64,000 bases of DNA from Microbotryum violaceum (Eukaryota). Made by a program: the position numbers and the translations under genes. The notes below the pieces were generated by a model. The model had not been told where the DNA came from, made no database searches, and saw only the letters and a list, made by a program, of their open reading frames with translations. Position 1 is the first letter of the stretch, and each line of letters begins with the position of its first letter. The stretch covers positions 1,379,591 through 1,443,590 of the forward strand of contig LN717261.1 of NCBI GenBank assembly GCA_001244265.2. Direction: 5' to 3'. Of this stretch, positions 1 through 12,733 are shown piece by piece.

Positions 1-2322
1 TTCGGACCGCACAAAGCCTCGCATTGATTTGCCCTTGACCATCCGATCGTGCTTGACCGTAGCCGCTTTCACCAATCCCTCCAAGATGTTCGCTCCGTCA
101 AATTCTCCTGAGGCCACACCTTGCGCGAATCGTAGATACACGGTCCCTTGACCGTTGTCATCCAGGATCTCTTCTAGTCCATGATGTCGCCGGTAGATGG
201 CCGAGAGAAGTGTATCGCCCGCGACATATTTCTTGTTGGTGTATTTGCGAGTTGCGCCAGCAGCATATTGACGTCGAAGAGCTGCTCGACAGGATGAATC
301 CTTAGGAAGCCTCGCGCATTCTTCACACGGTAAGCTTGGTCCGTCCTTGTTGATCGAATCTCGAGCGCTATACTTGCGACAATTCACACTGATGATGCGC
401 GGTGCTCGATGATCGTTGCGCCACTTCCATTCATTCGCTTCCAATTTGTCCACCTCCTTCCTCTCGAGCTCCGTCATTGGTCGTTTACCAATTTTGGGAT
501 AGAGGCGCAAACAAAGCGTCCGTCAAGGAGGGGCCCCGCCACCCTGCGCCGCAGTTGATGAAAGATAATGCATCGCCGTTTCAGACGTAAGGCCGGGGCA
601 CGGTCCTAGCGAGGGGCTGGTAGCAGTTGAGCCAGAGGCGATAGGTCTGAAGAAATTGCTGATGGGTTGGAGGTTGACACACTTCTTATTGCCGAGATGT
701 AATTGAAATCGTGCCTTGCACAGCAAGGCCGCCATTGGAACCAAGACATAACAACGTCCACACCGCACGTACTTTGGATTGTTGACGTCGACATTCGATC
801 CCGGGCAAAGATCTTCGACTTTTTCAGCAAACCTCCTGAAAAGAGGCGGATGGTCGCGAGCCCACGCCGTATGCTCCTCGGGGTGAGCTCTCGAGCTTTC
901 GTCGGCTTCGATGCCTTGGTGAAGGTCGTTTGAAGTCGAGAAGTTGGCGGGTTTTTTGAGGATGATGCGACTCGTTGATTTGTTGGCTTGATTGTCGCTG
1001 CCTTGCCGGACTCTGCCGACGTGCTCTTGCTGCTCAGTGTTCCGGCAGCGGATCCCCTCCCAGACTTTGCCTTTGATTTTGCGCCCGTGGCAACGATGGA
1101 TTCGATCTCTTTGGGATCCTCGACAGCACCAACCAGAGAGGATAAACGACAGAATTGACGGAGCCGTGACATGTGAGCGCGCGCTGCGTTGAATGACCCA
1201 ATCCCGAGCACCTCCGTCTCCACTGCATTGATCGTAGCCGGCCCGCACGAGTAGCTGTCTTCCTGTTGTTCCGCCTTAGGAGTATGAGGGAACTCGTTTT
1301 TGATGTCCAGCTTCAGAAATTTGAATAGCGTAAGGACGGCCGTCCGAGTAGCCGCGGTGATCGGAGTGGCGGAGAGTGAGTTGATCACAGACCATGTCCG
1401 CTTGTGCATGTTGATGCGGGCCAGACCCAATGGCTGTCGGAGCAGAGGGGTAGAAACCAGATTGACTTTGACGTCGGCGTGTTGCGCATGCAATCGCCTA
1501 GCTCGATGAGATTCCGATACTGGTTTGGCGGGCCGAAAAAGCAGGCTTTGAAGACCGAATGAGGATCCGAGTCGGGAGGGCGAGCCATTACCAAGGAGAT
1601 GACGGTGGAGGGTATAAGTCCATACGATGTTTCAAAATCGGGATTCTGCACTCGTCCAGCTCGAAGGACACTTTCAATTGACAAGTTCACCGCGGCTTCA
1701 CCGAGCCAATCATGACCTGGGTAGTGACGCGAATAAGCAAGTTGCCTCAGATACGAGATGAATACGAGTGGCCAGCTGAAGGATTGGTGTACTGACTTAA
1801 GAATCTCAGGAGATAAACCAAACTCGTTCCACTTGCAAGAAGAGGCAATGGTAGAAGCCCGTCTTGCTCTTGCCATTGCAATCCGTTCAGTATGCGACGT
1901 GCGACAGCGATACGGTTGCGGTCAATTTCGTTGATAACGATAATTTTGTCCATCCATCGTTGAGCTCGCAGCGCCCAGCTTTGAACGTCTTTTGCTCGGT
2001 CGTACTCTGACCATAGCCGATCGGCGCCGAGCGGCAAACACGTCGACCCGACGGCCAAAGATCGATATCCTTTCTTGCGTGCATTGATCAGAGCATCGGT
2101 AGCGAGAAACGCGTCTCTGGTCTGAAGAGTCGGGTAGGGTAAGTTCGAATACTGGGTGGGCTCGTCTTTGGACAACTCGATGTGAAGAGACGCGTCGGCG
2201 GGAGCGACATCGAAGGCGAGGAGCTCGGCAACCGTCATGTTGGTGAGCGGCAATAATCGATCAAAGTCATCGTCGTGCAAACAGTAGTCCTGATCTTCGT
2301 CAAGAAACAAGCATGGAATCAT
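1..2322 (-). pseudogene. Disrupted large ORF of a probable DNA transposon: Ulp1/C48 peptidase-like domain, then Cys/His-rich region; continues beyond the left window edge
   Basis: Split over ORFs 1747-2322, 1385-1876 (WLGEAAVN, WFLPLCSDSHW), 606-1493 (INSL, QQEDSYSCG) and 523-1248 (VRCGRC..HLGNKKC, PCPGLT, GGGAPP). After an in-frame TGA (523-525) the frame stays open to base 1 (WKWRNDH..C..CEEC..YLRFAQGVASGEFD..GKSMRGF). Confidence 0.65.
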
Positions 2323-3059
2323 TTCGTCGTGCTATGCTCCAGTGTCAGAACGAAGTGAAGCGGAACGGAACCTCAGGGGCCCCGTCATTTTTATCTTACT
2401 CGATAGGGGTATCTAATCGCTAATATTCTCTAACAGCCACTGAACTAAAGTGATTAGCGAAAATGACTAGTGACTTGTTCAAGCGCGAGCATCGCGAAGC
2501 GCGTTTCGAAGCGAAGGCAAACGGGCCCAAAACGATGCCGTAGGCTGCTCAGGGTAGGCCAAAATTGGGCCGACTCACGGGAAAATGTCAAAATCTGGGC
2601 ATGCGCCTCGGGGGCGAAACGTGTGTTTCGTCCCGAAATGTCAATTTTTTGCGATGTGCCTCGACGATTTTCAGGATTTTGGGTCCTCAAAATGTCAAAA
2701 AAAAAAAATGCGCCTCCGGCTGGGCTTTCGGGGGTCCTGCGCAAAGGATCTACTGCAAATTGGGCGGAACGCTGCGAAGCTTCAAGGACCAGACTCCAAG
2801 GTGGGCCATCGGTAGGCTTTGAGAGGTGTTGTGTTGGACAACGTGCACGAGGGGAAACATATCCATGATGTCGAGTGTTGGTAAGCGAGGGAGTCCGTAG
2901 TGACGAGTCCAGGTTGCGAACGGCGGGCGTCGTGCATGGGCAATACTCGGGATGGCCGATGGAACACGAGGACGGCGGCGGCAAGTTGGAGGTGACTAGG
3001 CGGAGGCATTGGCTTGGCAAGACTGGAGGGCGGATCGACTGAGTCCTGATATGGAGGCG

Positions 3060-3460
3060 GCGGCGCGCGAGCGTGAGTTGAACAGGCTGGCGCGGAGGCG
3101 GCGAACAAGGGGGCGGCTTGGCTGCGAAGGCGGAGGCGCCGAGGCGAAAAGCGGCGGAGGCGTGCAGACAGGCAGGCAACGGCTGGATGGGCGGACCAAG
3201 ATGTGGACGAGTTGACGAACGGTGCACATGGGTCGAAGGACGAGACTAGGCGCAAGTGACATGCGGCGATGCTCAAGGACGGGGCCAGCAAAGGCGCCGA
3301 GGCGAAGGGGCGGCTTGGCTGCGAAGGCGAAAAGCGGCCAGGTGAAAGCGGCGGAGGCGTGCAGAGCAAGGCAGGCAACGGCCGGGCAAACGGACCAGGA
3401 TGTGGACGAGTTGACGAACGGTGCACATGGGTCGAGGAACGAGGCTGGGCGCAAGCATCA
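3060..3460. repeat. Imperfect GC-rich tandem duplication, period about 199 bp
   Basis: ATGTGGACGAGTTGACGAACGGTGCACATGGGTCGA at 3201 and 3400; GGCGGCTTGGCTGCGAAGGCG at about 3112 and 3309. Confidence 0.85.
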
Positions 3461-3986
3461 TGCAGCGAGGCTTAAAGGACAGGGGGCGCGGTGGAGGCTT
3501 GCGGAGGCGAAGGCGCGCGTGTCAAGGCGCCGAGGCGAAGGCGCGAGGCGAAAGGCGGACAAGCCGTCAAACGGCGGCCCGATGTCGAAGTGTTCGAACG
3601 CTTGACAGAATGCAATTCAACACGAAGAACAGGTAGGTAATCGGGGCGCGCCGGCAAGCGCAGGATTTTTTTATTTTTTATTTTTATTTTTTTCGTGCTT
3701 CGACCATATGCCAGATCAAACGATCAGGGTATAGAAAGCCTGAAGTCGCGCATGTGGGCCTCAGTTTAGCTCAGTTCCTACCCTTTTTGACGAAGAGGTC
3801 GTGCCTCCCACGAGCGCTACTGGGCCTACGTCGGGTGGGAGTAGTTCCGGGTGGTTATCCTTCTTCAATCCATTGCAAAATGGGTCTACTCGTCCCAAGA
3901 CGGTGGATGCACCAAGCCCTTTGAAAAACTAGGTCAAATACATTCATGTGAGACTCCGTTGAGACTCGAGCGCCGCGGTGTCCCGG

Positions 3987-4500
3987 TGTCACGAACGGGA
4001 TCTTGCGACTTGCGCCCTTGGCTCACGTGATCTCACTCGGACCACGTGACCTCGGCTCGCTTCGAGTACGGGTCCTCGCTTCAGTGTCGCACGTGATCAT
4101 GTCTTGATCACATGATCTCGCTTCGCTTACATCATCAGCTCACTTGGTCACATGGTCTCGCTTCGGCTGCATCAGCTATTGTATACGTGTTCTCGCCTGG
4201 TCCACGTGGTCTTGCCTGGTCCACGTGATCTGGCTCGGTCACATGACTCCGTTTGGCTCTTATCATCTTGCTTGATGCACATGACTTCGTTTCGTGGGCC
4301 CGTGTTCCTTTGCATTCTATCCTGTGTATAAAAGGTGTCCAATGTGATAGCTTGTTTCTCTTTCTCTTTTCTGCAACTCGAATCTCGCAAAAGGTCACAT
4401 CCTTGCTCTCGTCCCTCGTCCTCGCCTCTCTCGGGAAGTCCTTGGAGCATCTCTCGACTCGTCCCTCGTACCTCTCCTATCTCTTCGCCCCTTCGTGATA
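3987..4500 (+). mobile_element. Solo LTR (514 bp) with 5-bp TSD CCCGG
   Basis: Ends TGTCACGAA...TTCGTGATA (inverted, one transition); CCCGG at 3982-3986 and 4501-4505; TATAAAAG near 4327. Confidence 0.85.
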
Positions 4501-4649
4501 CCCGGTATCCCTAACGTCGAGCGACTCGGTTCCCGTTGTCGACCACGTCATTAATCCGCTACCGTGAGAGCTCTTGTGCATCACCAACAACCGTAGGTAT
4601 CAGATTCCGCATCACGCCCTGAACTTCAAAACGCCAATCTCAAACCGAA

Positions 4650-6042
4650 TTATTCCTTATCTAAGAGGGCTTTCTCGAAGCCTTCCCAGTCCTCACACCA
4701 AGCGCGTGCGAGATCGCCCTGCTTCCCGGCCCTTCGTTTGCCCAGTGTATAGGAGAAACGGTCGCCTTGTACCAGTAGGGGCACGTGAGACAGCGTGCCC
4801 TTGTTCTTCCATCGGTCGGAGGGAGAGGTCGGCTTGGAAGGCGCGATGAGGAGATCGGAGAGATTCGCGAGGGCTCGCGAGACGGGCTGGAGACGCCGAT
4901 TGCGGTGATGGTTAGTGTCAAGACAGATGGAGGACAGGGCAGTAGGGTGTACTTACGTTGTGTCTCTTATTCTGGGCGGTCCCTATGGGAGAGTGATGTG
5001 TTGGATGCCAGCTCTTGGGTCCTTGCGCTAAAGGACCCAGAAGGACGAATCGGTGGAGTTCAACTTGTCGCGGTCTACCGCCCATGATGGGAAGTCGGGT
5101 CAAGGGTGTGTATATTGAGACCAGTGACGTAGGAGGATATCGAGTGGCGAGTGGTGTTGAGCTTTTGGGCGTCGCCGTGGTCGGACCTCTTCGTATCGTG
5201 AGTTTGGTTATGACTCTGCCAGCCAATACAAGCGTCAGGGTGATTCTCCGACGGAAAGACGAGAAGCTGGGTCATTACCTACCTCCCCGGTGCCAGTGTA
5301 CCCCACAGCACCAACCCAACCGAAACGCACACGAAGCCGCCCGCAAAAGTATACCTCTTCCAAGGTGAAGCCAGCTCGTATGCTTCCTTGTCCTCGTCAT
5401 AAGAAGCGTATCCCCTGCGAGCGATGTCGGCGCCGCTGAGGCTGAACACACTAAAGGCAAAACAGGCCGACATGAGGAGAGGTACGTTGAACGGCGGTGG
5501 AGAGGTATAAATCGTCCCTTCTTCTTCTTGGCTTTGGTGTAGTTCATCGTGTGAGGATGAAACAGCTGGACATACGATGGTTGTGATGACATGCGAGTGT
5601 GAGCATACCATAAAATACTGGATTTTCTTTGCCGGGGAGGAAAGAAGGCGCGAAAGAAGGGATTCGACTTACTTGATTGCTTGGCATCCACCACCTCCGG
5701 GTGGTCTGAGATGACCTCTTTGGCCGATGCACCGTTCACGCTCGATGTAGTGAAGACCTCGGGTGCTCGGTGGATAGGCTGGGAAGGTTCTTCTTCCTCC
5801 TCGAGCAGATCTCTGGGGGCAGTACTTGCTTTGCCCTTGTTGCTCAGGCCCGCGACGCTTCCGGAGTCGACTGCAATTTTGACAGCGGTAGGTTGTCGTA
5901 CGAGAAGCTTGGTCTTCTTACTCCTCGATTTCGACGCTTTGGACTGCAGCGGAGGCACGCTTGAGAACGGTCTCTGGAGTGACACGAGCGAACGAGTGGT
6001 CGCCGCCGAGGCGAGGGCGAAGCATCGAGGTGTCCGTTGCAT
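4650..6042 (-). CDS. Probable mitochondrial membrane protein, TMEM223/Mrx15-like; about 4 exons
   Basis: Arg/Ser-rich presequence-like start MQRTPRCFALASAATTRSLVSLQRPFSS at 6042; GT-AG introns near 5672-5567, 5282-5218 and 4955-4888; two hydrophobic segments (LLMSACFAFSVFSL, FAGGFVCVSVGLVLWG) then R-VITKLTIRR; TAA at 4650-4652. Family call is by resemblance only. Confidence 0.55.
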
Positions 6043-6458
6043 GGTTGGGAAGGGTTTGAGCCGATCTGGAGGAAACCAGTGAGTAGGTCGCGGAGTTGTA
6101 GACAAAGACGGACTCAGATCTTGGGGAAGCAGTCTAAAAGAGTATCGGCCAGTGCGAAGGCGCGTCAGGCCAAGTCGCGGAGTTCTGCGGAGCTCGTCAC
6201 GAGTGGCTGGCAGTCTTCTTCCTACCGGACCGCCGAAGAATCTGCCAGGCCGCTTGCATCCCGTACCACATCCTATCGTTCCAGGACTCGTCGAGAACGC
6301 ACTGCACTCGAACCCGCTAGGTTCCGCATCTGGGCTTGCACCGCGGAACTTGACGTCGTTTCCCCCCACTTGTCCCTGGCGACGTCACTTCATCCCAGCT
6401 ACCTCCGTTCTCTCCTGCGCAGCCTTACTCAAGGTTTTCAATCACCTCACGTGGCACC

Positions 6459-7374
6459 ATGTCGTTGGCACGAGTGAGAAAGATATGGCTCAGCGCGCTC
6501 CAAAATACCCACTTCATCGTCACGACTCTGACGATTGTACTGCTCCTTCGACTGAGGACGGCCCATGCGCTCTGGTTCGGCGCAGGGACATTGTGTGCCG
6601 CTTTTTCGGGTACGACCCTTTCGCTTTCGATTCTTCCGATTCGATCTTAAGAGCCACGCTAACTTTCGCCTTTTTCTCCCCGATTGCCGGTGTACCCCAT
6701 CTCTCTGCCTCCCACCCCACCCCACAGCCAAAGTGCTGAAACGTTTCATCCGCCAACCTCGACCGGACGGTGCCCTCCACTACGAAACAACGTATGGCAT
6801 GCCCTCGACACATTCCTCCTCCATAGCCTACTTCGGCACCTACCTCACCTTATCCTCCCTCTTACTCCCTTTCCACCCTCGTATCTCCTCCCTCGTCCCT
6901 TTCTACGTTCATATCGTCAAGGTCGGATCGGACAAGTTCATCTCGGGGGAGAATTTGATTCGACTTTCTCTAGCGTGCTTGTTCGTATTCAGCGCTTCGA
7001 GCGTGTGTTCGTCTCGTATTCGCTTGGGGCATCATACCAAAGCTCAAGTGATCGTAGGGGCTTTGTTGGGGACCGGTGTCGCGTGCGTTTGGTTCGTGCT
7101 TTGGATAGGCGTCGATCGAGCGTTCGAACTCACCTCTCGGATCGGGGGGACCCGGTGGCGGAACGGTCACTTCAAGCTCGCTTACCCTTGGATCCCCGCT
7201 TTCTTTCGGGATGGAGTTCATGAGTACGGTACGGGGTGGGAGCGGATAGCAGAGGACACGCTGTTGTTGAGTTTGGAGATATGGGCATCTGGGGATTGGA
7301 GGCGAGGGGTGGGAGAGATGGGCAAGGTTCTGAAAGGGGGTGTGGTGGGGGGAATGAGTAGGGAAGAACTATAG
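6459..7374 (+). CDS. PAP2-superfamily lipid phosphatase, dolichyl-diphosphatase (CAX4/DOLPP1)-like; 2 exons
   Basis: Exon 1 6459-6609, intron 6610-6727 (GTACG...CAG), exon 2 6728-7374. All three PAP2 motifs: KRFIRQPRP, MPSTHS, SRIRLGHHTKAQ. Confidence 0.85.
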
Positions 7375-7566
7375 AGACCGTGTAATACCGTCATGCAGAA
7401 CATAGAATCCCTCTGTTTCCTTCGCGTGTGCCGAGATCGGCGTCTCGAACGCTAGTTCGAGGGGATACAGAGCAGGGCCGCCTCGAGGTTATCATGAGAG
7501 AATGTAGCGCATTGCAACGTCACGGACTGGAACATCCATCTACTACTTTTTTCTTCAACTCCCACC

Positions 7567-10067
7567 TCAATGCCCACCTTCTCTCCTCCTCGGTGCGGCC
7601 CTCAAGATATCATCGACCCTCAAGATCATTTCCGCCGCCTCGCTCGCCGAAAGCACGACCTGTCGCTTCAGTTTGTAACTCTCCGTCACGCCGCATTCCT
7701 TCATGGACCCGACGATCCCACGATCCATGTCCAGACCGGCGTCACTGCGGCCTTCGTAGTGCGCGGCTCGGAGTTTGGCGACCAGGTCTGAAGAATCGTA
7801 TCCGGCATTGTCGGCCAGGATCGTCGGCATCTGTCGTAAAGCTCGGGCGTACGATTCGACCGCGAGCGCCTTCTTGCCCTCGGTCGTTTTCGCCTTTTCG
7901 TCAACGGCGATGGCCATGATCATCTCGGCGCAACCACCACCCAAGGTCGTTCGCGTCTCCTTGACCGTTTGAGAGAGGACCGAAAGCGCGTCGTGGAGCG
8001 ATCGATCGGCTTCTTCAACCATTTGCGAGGTCGCACCTCGAAGGACTACGGTGCACGCCTCACCCGCGGCAACGCCAGAGAATTTGATGAGCTGCCACGA
8101 ACAGGTACAGAGATAAGTATGCGGAGCAAACGAATGACGCAGCCGCGCGACGAGAACGGGTACAAACCTTGTCTTCGCCGATCATGATCTCCTCGATCGT
8201 TCCACACTTGCCCAACTTTACGCCGGACGGGTTATCGAACGTACTCGCAATCTCACCCCCCGTGACCAACGCCAACCGCTCAACGCCTTCAAAGTCCGCA
8301 TGCTCGATCGACATGATCCCTGCCTCGGCGAAGAGGGATTCGGGGTAGTTGTAGATCAACTGTCGGTTCACGAAGCAGGTCACGCCCGAGGCCTTGATCT
8401 TAGCGACCTTGACCTTCATCTTCTCCCTTTCCGCACGTTCCAACTCGGCCAACTTGCCAGTCGAATCGACTTTGACGCGCGCGCCAAAGATCTTGATCTT
8501 GTCCGTGTCCATCGGGGTGTTGGCGATCAGGATCTTGGCGTTCTCGATCTTGTGCGGGCAGTTGACGCCGATCTTCTTGTCGAGGATGAAGCCTTCGTCG
8601 AGGTACGAGTCGGTCAACTTTCCGCCTTGCTTTTTGATGATTTGAATGTGCTCCAAGTCCGTGGAGCCCTGTGTAGAAATCGTCACCAGAGTGAGTAGGC
8701 GAATTTGGAGTGACCAAAGTGATTTGAAACTACCTTCAGTCGGAGCACGGCCGAGACGGCCAACTCGGCAAAGTAGTCTTTGTCCGCAGCGAGAACTTTG
8801 GAGGAGAGGGTCGTTTTGGCGATCGCAATCAAATCTTCTCGGAAGGCGACGGGATCTTTACTATGATCGCGCAAGGGGAGAACCGAGAGGGAGTCAGTTC
8901 CTCAGCCTCGTTCTGGCTCTCGTCCCGACTGACCCATGGTCAACTGCACTCTTCTCAAGAGCTTCGAGAGCAGATTTGGAAGCGATTCGGAAACCTTCGA
9001 TGACACTATGAGATGAAGGGTGACGCATTATCAGGACCGTCCTCTCGCATCCGATGACGATCTGGACACTTACGTCTGCGGGTGCACCCTCTGCAGGGTG
9101 ACCAGCTTCTCTGCCTCCCTCAGCAATTCGGCGGCCAGGACGGTGACACTTGTCGTGCCTGTTCCAAAAATAAAATCGACTTGGTCTCAACATCCATCTA
9201 TATCCTTCCCGTGTTGGCTGAGCTCAACGCACCATCTCCAACCTCGTCGTCCTGGACCTTGGAGATGTTGACGAGGATCTTTGCGGCGGGATTGTCCAAT
9301 GCGATCGATTTGAGGATTGTCGCACCATCGTTGGTGACGGTGATTTCGCCGGTCGAGGTTGAATGCAAAATCTTGTTCATGCCTTTGGGTCCGAGGGTGG
9401 ATTTGACGAGGTCGCCGAGGGCGAGAGCGCCGACGAAGGACGAGAGACGCGCCTGTGTTGGAACGGCGAAGAGGAGAAAGAGCGAGGTCAGCCTTCCGTA
9501 GCTGAGATGTTCATGATTTGATTTGGTTGATGTGGGCATGGGTCGTGGTGTATCGGTGGTGCGACCGGGTGGAGGAGCGTGGGTCGGGGTCGGGTCGCAG
9601 CACGTGTAGCTTCGCACCAGAAACAGTCCGAAAGCCAGACGTGATCTGATGCGGTGCAAGTGGTCGGCTGGTGGTGATTTCGGAGTCATCGTAGTGCCGG
9701 CTTGGGGTTGTTATTGCATTCGGTCGGTATCACGTCGCACCACACCACACTGCTCCACCGAGACTGCCCCGCGAAAAGAAGGTCGAGGCGAATGCTGACA
9801 GTCGTTTCCGAGTTGTGGGTCGTGGTATGATGTCGAGGTCAAAGTGCTGGGTACGAGAGGGTGGGTGGGGCTTACATTCTCTGCGCGCTCTTGTGTTGCC
9901 TGGGTCGGGTCGTGTCGGGTCGGGAAAAGGAGTCGAGAGTCGAGACGAGCACGAGCACGACGACGGTGCGACGTAATCAGAAACAGGTCAGTCACACGAG
10001 AGCAACCAAGAGGTGTAACGTAGCTGCACAAGCAACGTACCTCTGCACCGAATACGTTGACCGACAT
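7567..10067 (-). CDS. CCT2: T-complex protein 1 subunit beta (chaperonin CCT/TRiC), multi-exon
   Basis: Exons give [46 protein letters not shown]...VTNDGATIL...[12 protein letters not shown]...TTLSSK...[15 protein letters not shown]...[19 protein letters not shown] introns. Confidence 0.97.
9602..9797 (-). ncRNA. Candidate intronic box H/ACA snoRNA in CCT2 intron 2
   Basis: Intron about 9453-9875 is far longer than neighbouring introns. Hairpin closed by GCATTCG/CGAATGC, H-box ATAACA (9714-9709), second hairpin CTTGCACC...GGTGCGAAG, then ACA (9607-9605) plus 3 nt. Confidence 0.45.
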
Positions 10068-10287
10068 GACCGGGTGTGTTGGGGTGAATGAGGCGGGTGC
10101 AGAAACACGAGATGCGCGCCAGGCTCACAAGCCGCCCAGTCTCGGCTCGCCTTATTTCCCATTACAAATCAGCGGAAGCGCGCAATTATGTCTTTCCTCT
10201 GCGCGCGCGGGCCTCCTGGTCGTCGCCGTAAACTTCTCTCGCGCTTCGTCCTCAGCCACGTTGGGCAAGACAGCCCAGTACAGTACC

Positions 10288-11377
10288 ATGGCCTCCGAAG
10301 AACGACAACGCTGGCTCCCTCTCGAATCCAACCCCGAGTCGTTCAATACGTGGTCCCACTCGCTCGGACTGGACACGAGCCAGTACTCGTTCCAGGACTG
10401 CTACGGACTCGACGCCGAGGTGTTGGGCTGGGTCAAGCAACCGGTCAAGGTGGAGTGGACACCACATTCAATCAACAGTACAGATTCGGAACTGACAACG
10501 GGCCGCTTTGATCCGCAGGCCGCGATCCTCTTGTTCCCCATCACCGAAGCCTATGAAAAGGTCCGACGCGAGGAAGATGTTCGCATCGAGGAGGACGGCG
10601 TAGAGCAGGTCGCCGACATCATCTACTTCAAGCAGACGATCGCGAACGCCTGTGGGACATTCGGCTTGCTGCACGCCTTGGCGAACGCGGGCGTGCCACT
10701 TGGTTCGTTCTTGCTCGCACTCGACGTCCAGATCTCGTCCCCACATGACTGACCTCGACGAGGCTGGCGTTGACATCTCCGACAGAACCAGGGTATTTGA
10801 CAAAGCTGTTTGAGCAATGCAAAGACAAGGTTAGTAGCGCTTGACGTGTTTTTTCCGAGGTGAGGTGAAAACAGATCCATTTTTTCCCTCCTATCCCGAA
10901 ATCTCAAGACCCCACTTGAAAGAGCCCAGCTCTTGACCGCGACCGACGAGCTCGAGCGGGTGCACACCCAAACTGCTTCGAGCGGTCAAACCGCTGCAAG
11001 TCCTTCCCAGCAATTCGATCCTGGTTCGGAGCGTCATCTTACTTTTTCTTTCCACAATAAAATCTTCCACCACAGACCCCCGACCTCGACACTCGAGTCA
11101 ATTTGCATTTCTGCACCTTTGTCGAACACAAGGGCAACCTCATCGAACTCGACGGACGAAGGAATTCACCCATAAACCTAGGCAAGATCTCCAAAGATCT
11201 GCTACAGGTAAATTTTCAAGCTTGTTTGGATCATAAGCATATGAGCTCTCTGTTGAATATCATTGGTCTGCTATGCTGTGGTGACAGGACACCGCCGTGA
11301 GGGTGAAGAAGATCATCGAGCTGTCAAACTCGCTCGAGTTCAACCTCATCACCCTCAACCCGACACCGGAGGACTAA
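10288..11377 (+). CDS. YUH1: Ubiquitin C-terminal hydrolase (peptidase C12, UCH-L3/Yuh1-like), multi-exon
   Basis: WLPLESNPE, QTIANACGTFGLLHAL (catalytic Cys), LHFCTFV (His), ELDGR (Asp); TAA at 11375-11377; head-to-head with CCT2 across about 220 bp. Confidence 0.92.
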
Positions 11378-12733
11378 GGTCACATTACCTACCCTGCGAA
11401 CCGTTTCCGAACGACTTGTAAAATTTGCCTAGCTGCTGGACCTGGTCCTCAGCTCACGTGTAATTTCAATGCGTTTCCGGATTCCTGGGATCGAGCTGTA
11501 TGCGACCGGGGCAGCTATGACTCCGTCGATCGCTCGAGATGTAACTGACAGCTAATTAAAGCCAGAGTCGGTCGATCCTTATCTTTCTATCGCTTTTCCG
11601 ATCGCCATCGTCACAATCTTCTATCGATCTCCAACGCCGATCTCGAATCGGATCTCCTATTTGGTTCGGCGAAGCGATCAGACGACCACAAAGTAAGGGG
11701 CGGGATCCCGGTAGTCGAGCGAGGGGCGGGCGAGACCCAAGATGTCGACAACGAGACCGAGGTCGGTGGTTCTGACGAATTCGATTTATAGACCACCAAA
11801 CGGTTCTTTTCTCTTTCTCCCTCTTCCACGCCAACCCTGGTCCCTCTCAAACGCTCAGTCCCACCCATTTCCGCAAGCCCCAAAACATGAGTCAATTTCA
11901 AAACCCCGTTCGCCCTCGCCCTTGCCCTCATCACTTCGACGACCAAAGCCGCTGTCGTCTCCGGACCGGTGGAACACAAGGCCAACGACAACCGGGACTC
12001 TGCGTGGTGCGCAGATCTCCCAGCAAGCAAACACCTCCTCTACTTCATACCGTTTACTCATCCAAAACCCGCGCTTTTGCGTTTACGTGAGTGATCTGGC
12101 TGGTCCACCGGCATGTGTCAGCGCCGCGTTCCCACTCACTGCGGGGCGAGGAAGTGGCATAGCTCGGGGCAATTATTCCGGACTGGCACACTTATGCCGA
12201 GGGCTACTGCACAGGTGAGTCTGGGTTTGTCATCATTCAGTTTTGCTCCATATCTAGCAGGATATATTTGTGTGCTGTCAGTGTGATAGGCTGTTACGAG
12301 TCGTCACAGAATGCAGCGTCCGTTGCGCTACCACGAGGTCCCTCACTGACAACGACCGGATGGAACGTATTGAACCATCCCTGTGCTCCGAATTTCATAG
12401 TCAAAGGCATGCGTGGACAACCTCATTTTTACCCCTCGATATCTGCTCGATGATCGATGATGCAACCCGCCGCGGCGATCCACGAGCTATGGCAAAAGAC
12501 ATCCTCGACTTCAAGATGCTTTTGGGATCGAGCGAATTTACAACCAGGTGTCCTTCTGACGCCGCTCTCTGTCCTCTCTCCCATGCTCTTTGTGGTTCAG
12601 GTAGGATGATATTCTATTGGTGTCTAGAACTTCTCATCGTGATTGATTCTATAAGGATACTTCCCTTCTTTCGCGCTTCCCCCCTTGGGACTCCGTTGCC
12701 ACTTCAACGAGACCGCGTGTCCCGGGTCGTTCC

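Noticed and set aside
2468-2472. CACTA terminus of the first Ulp1 element
   Set aside because: A lone 5-mer with no visible partner end or TSD; can occur by chance.
11520-12700. Possible hAT-like relic (GATC-rich repeats, short ORFs)
   Set aside because: No recognisable transposase motif or paired TIR could be established by eye.
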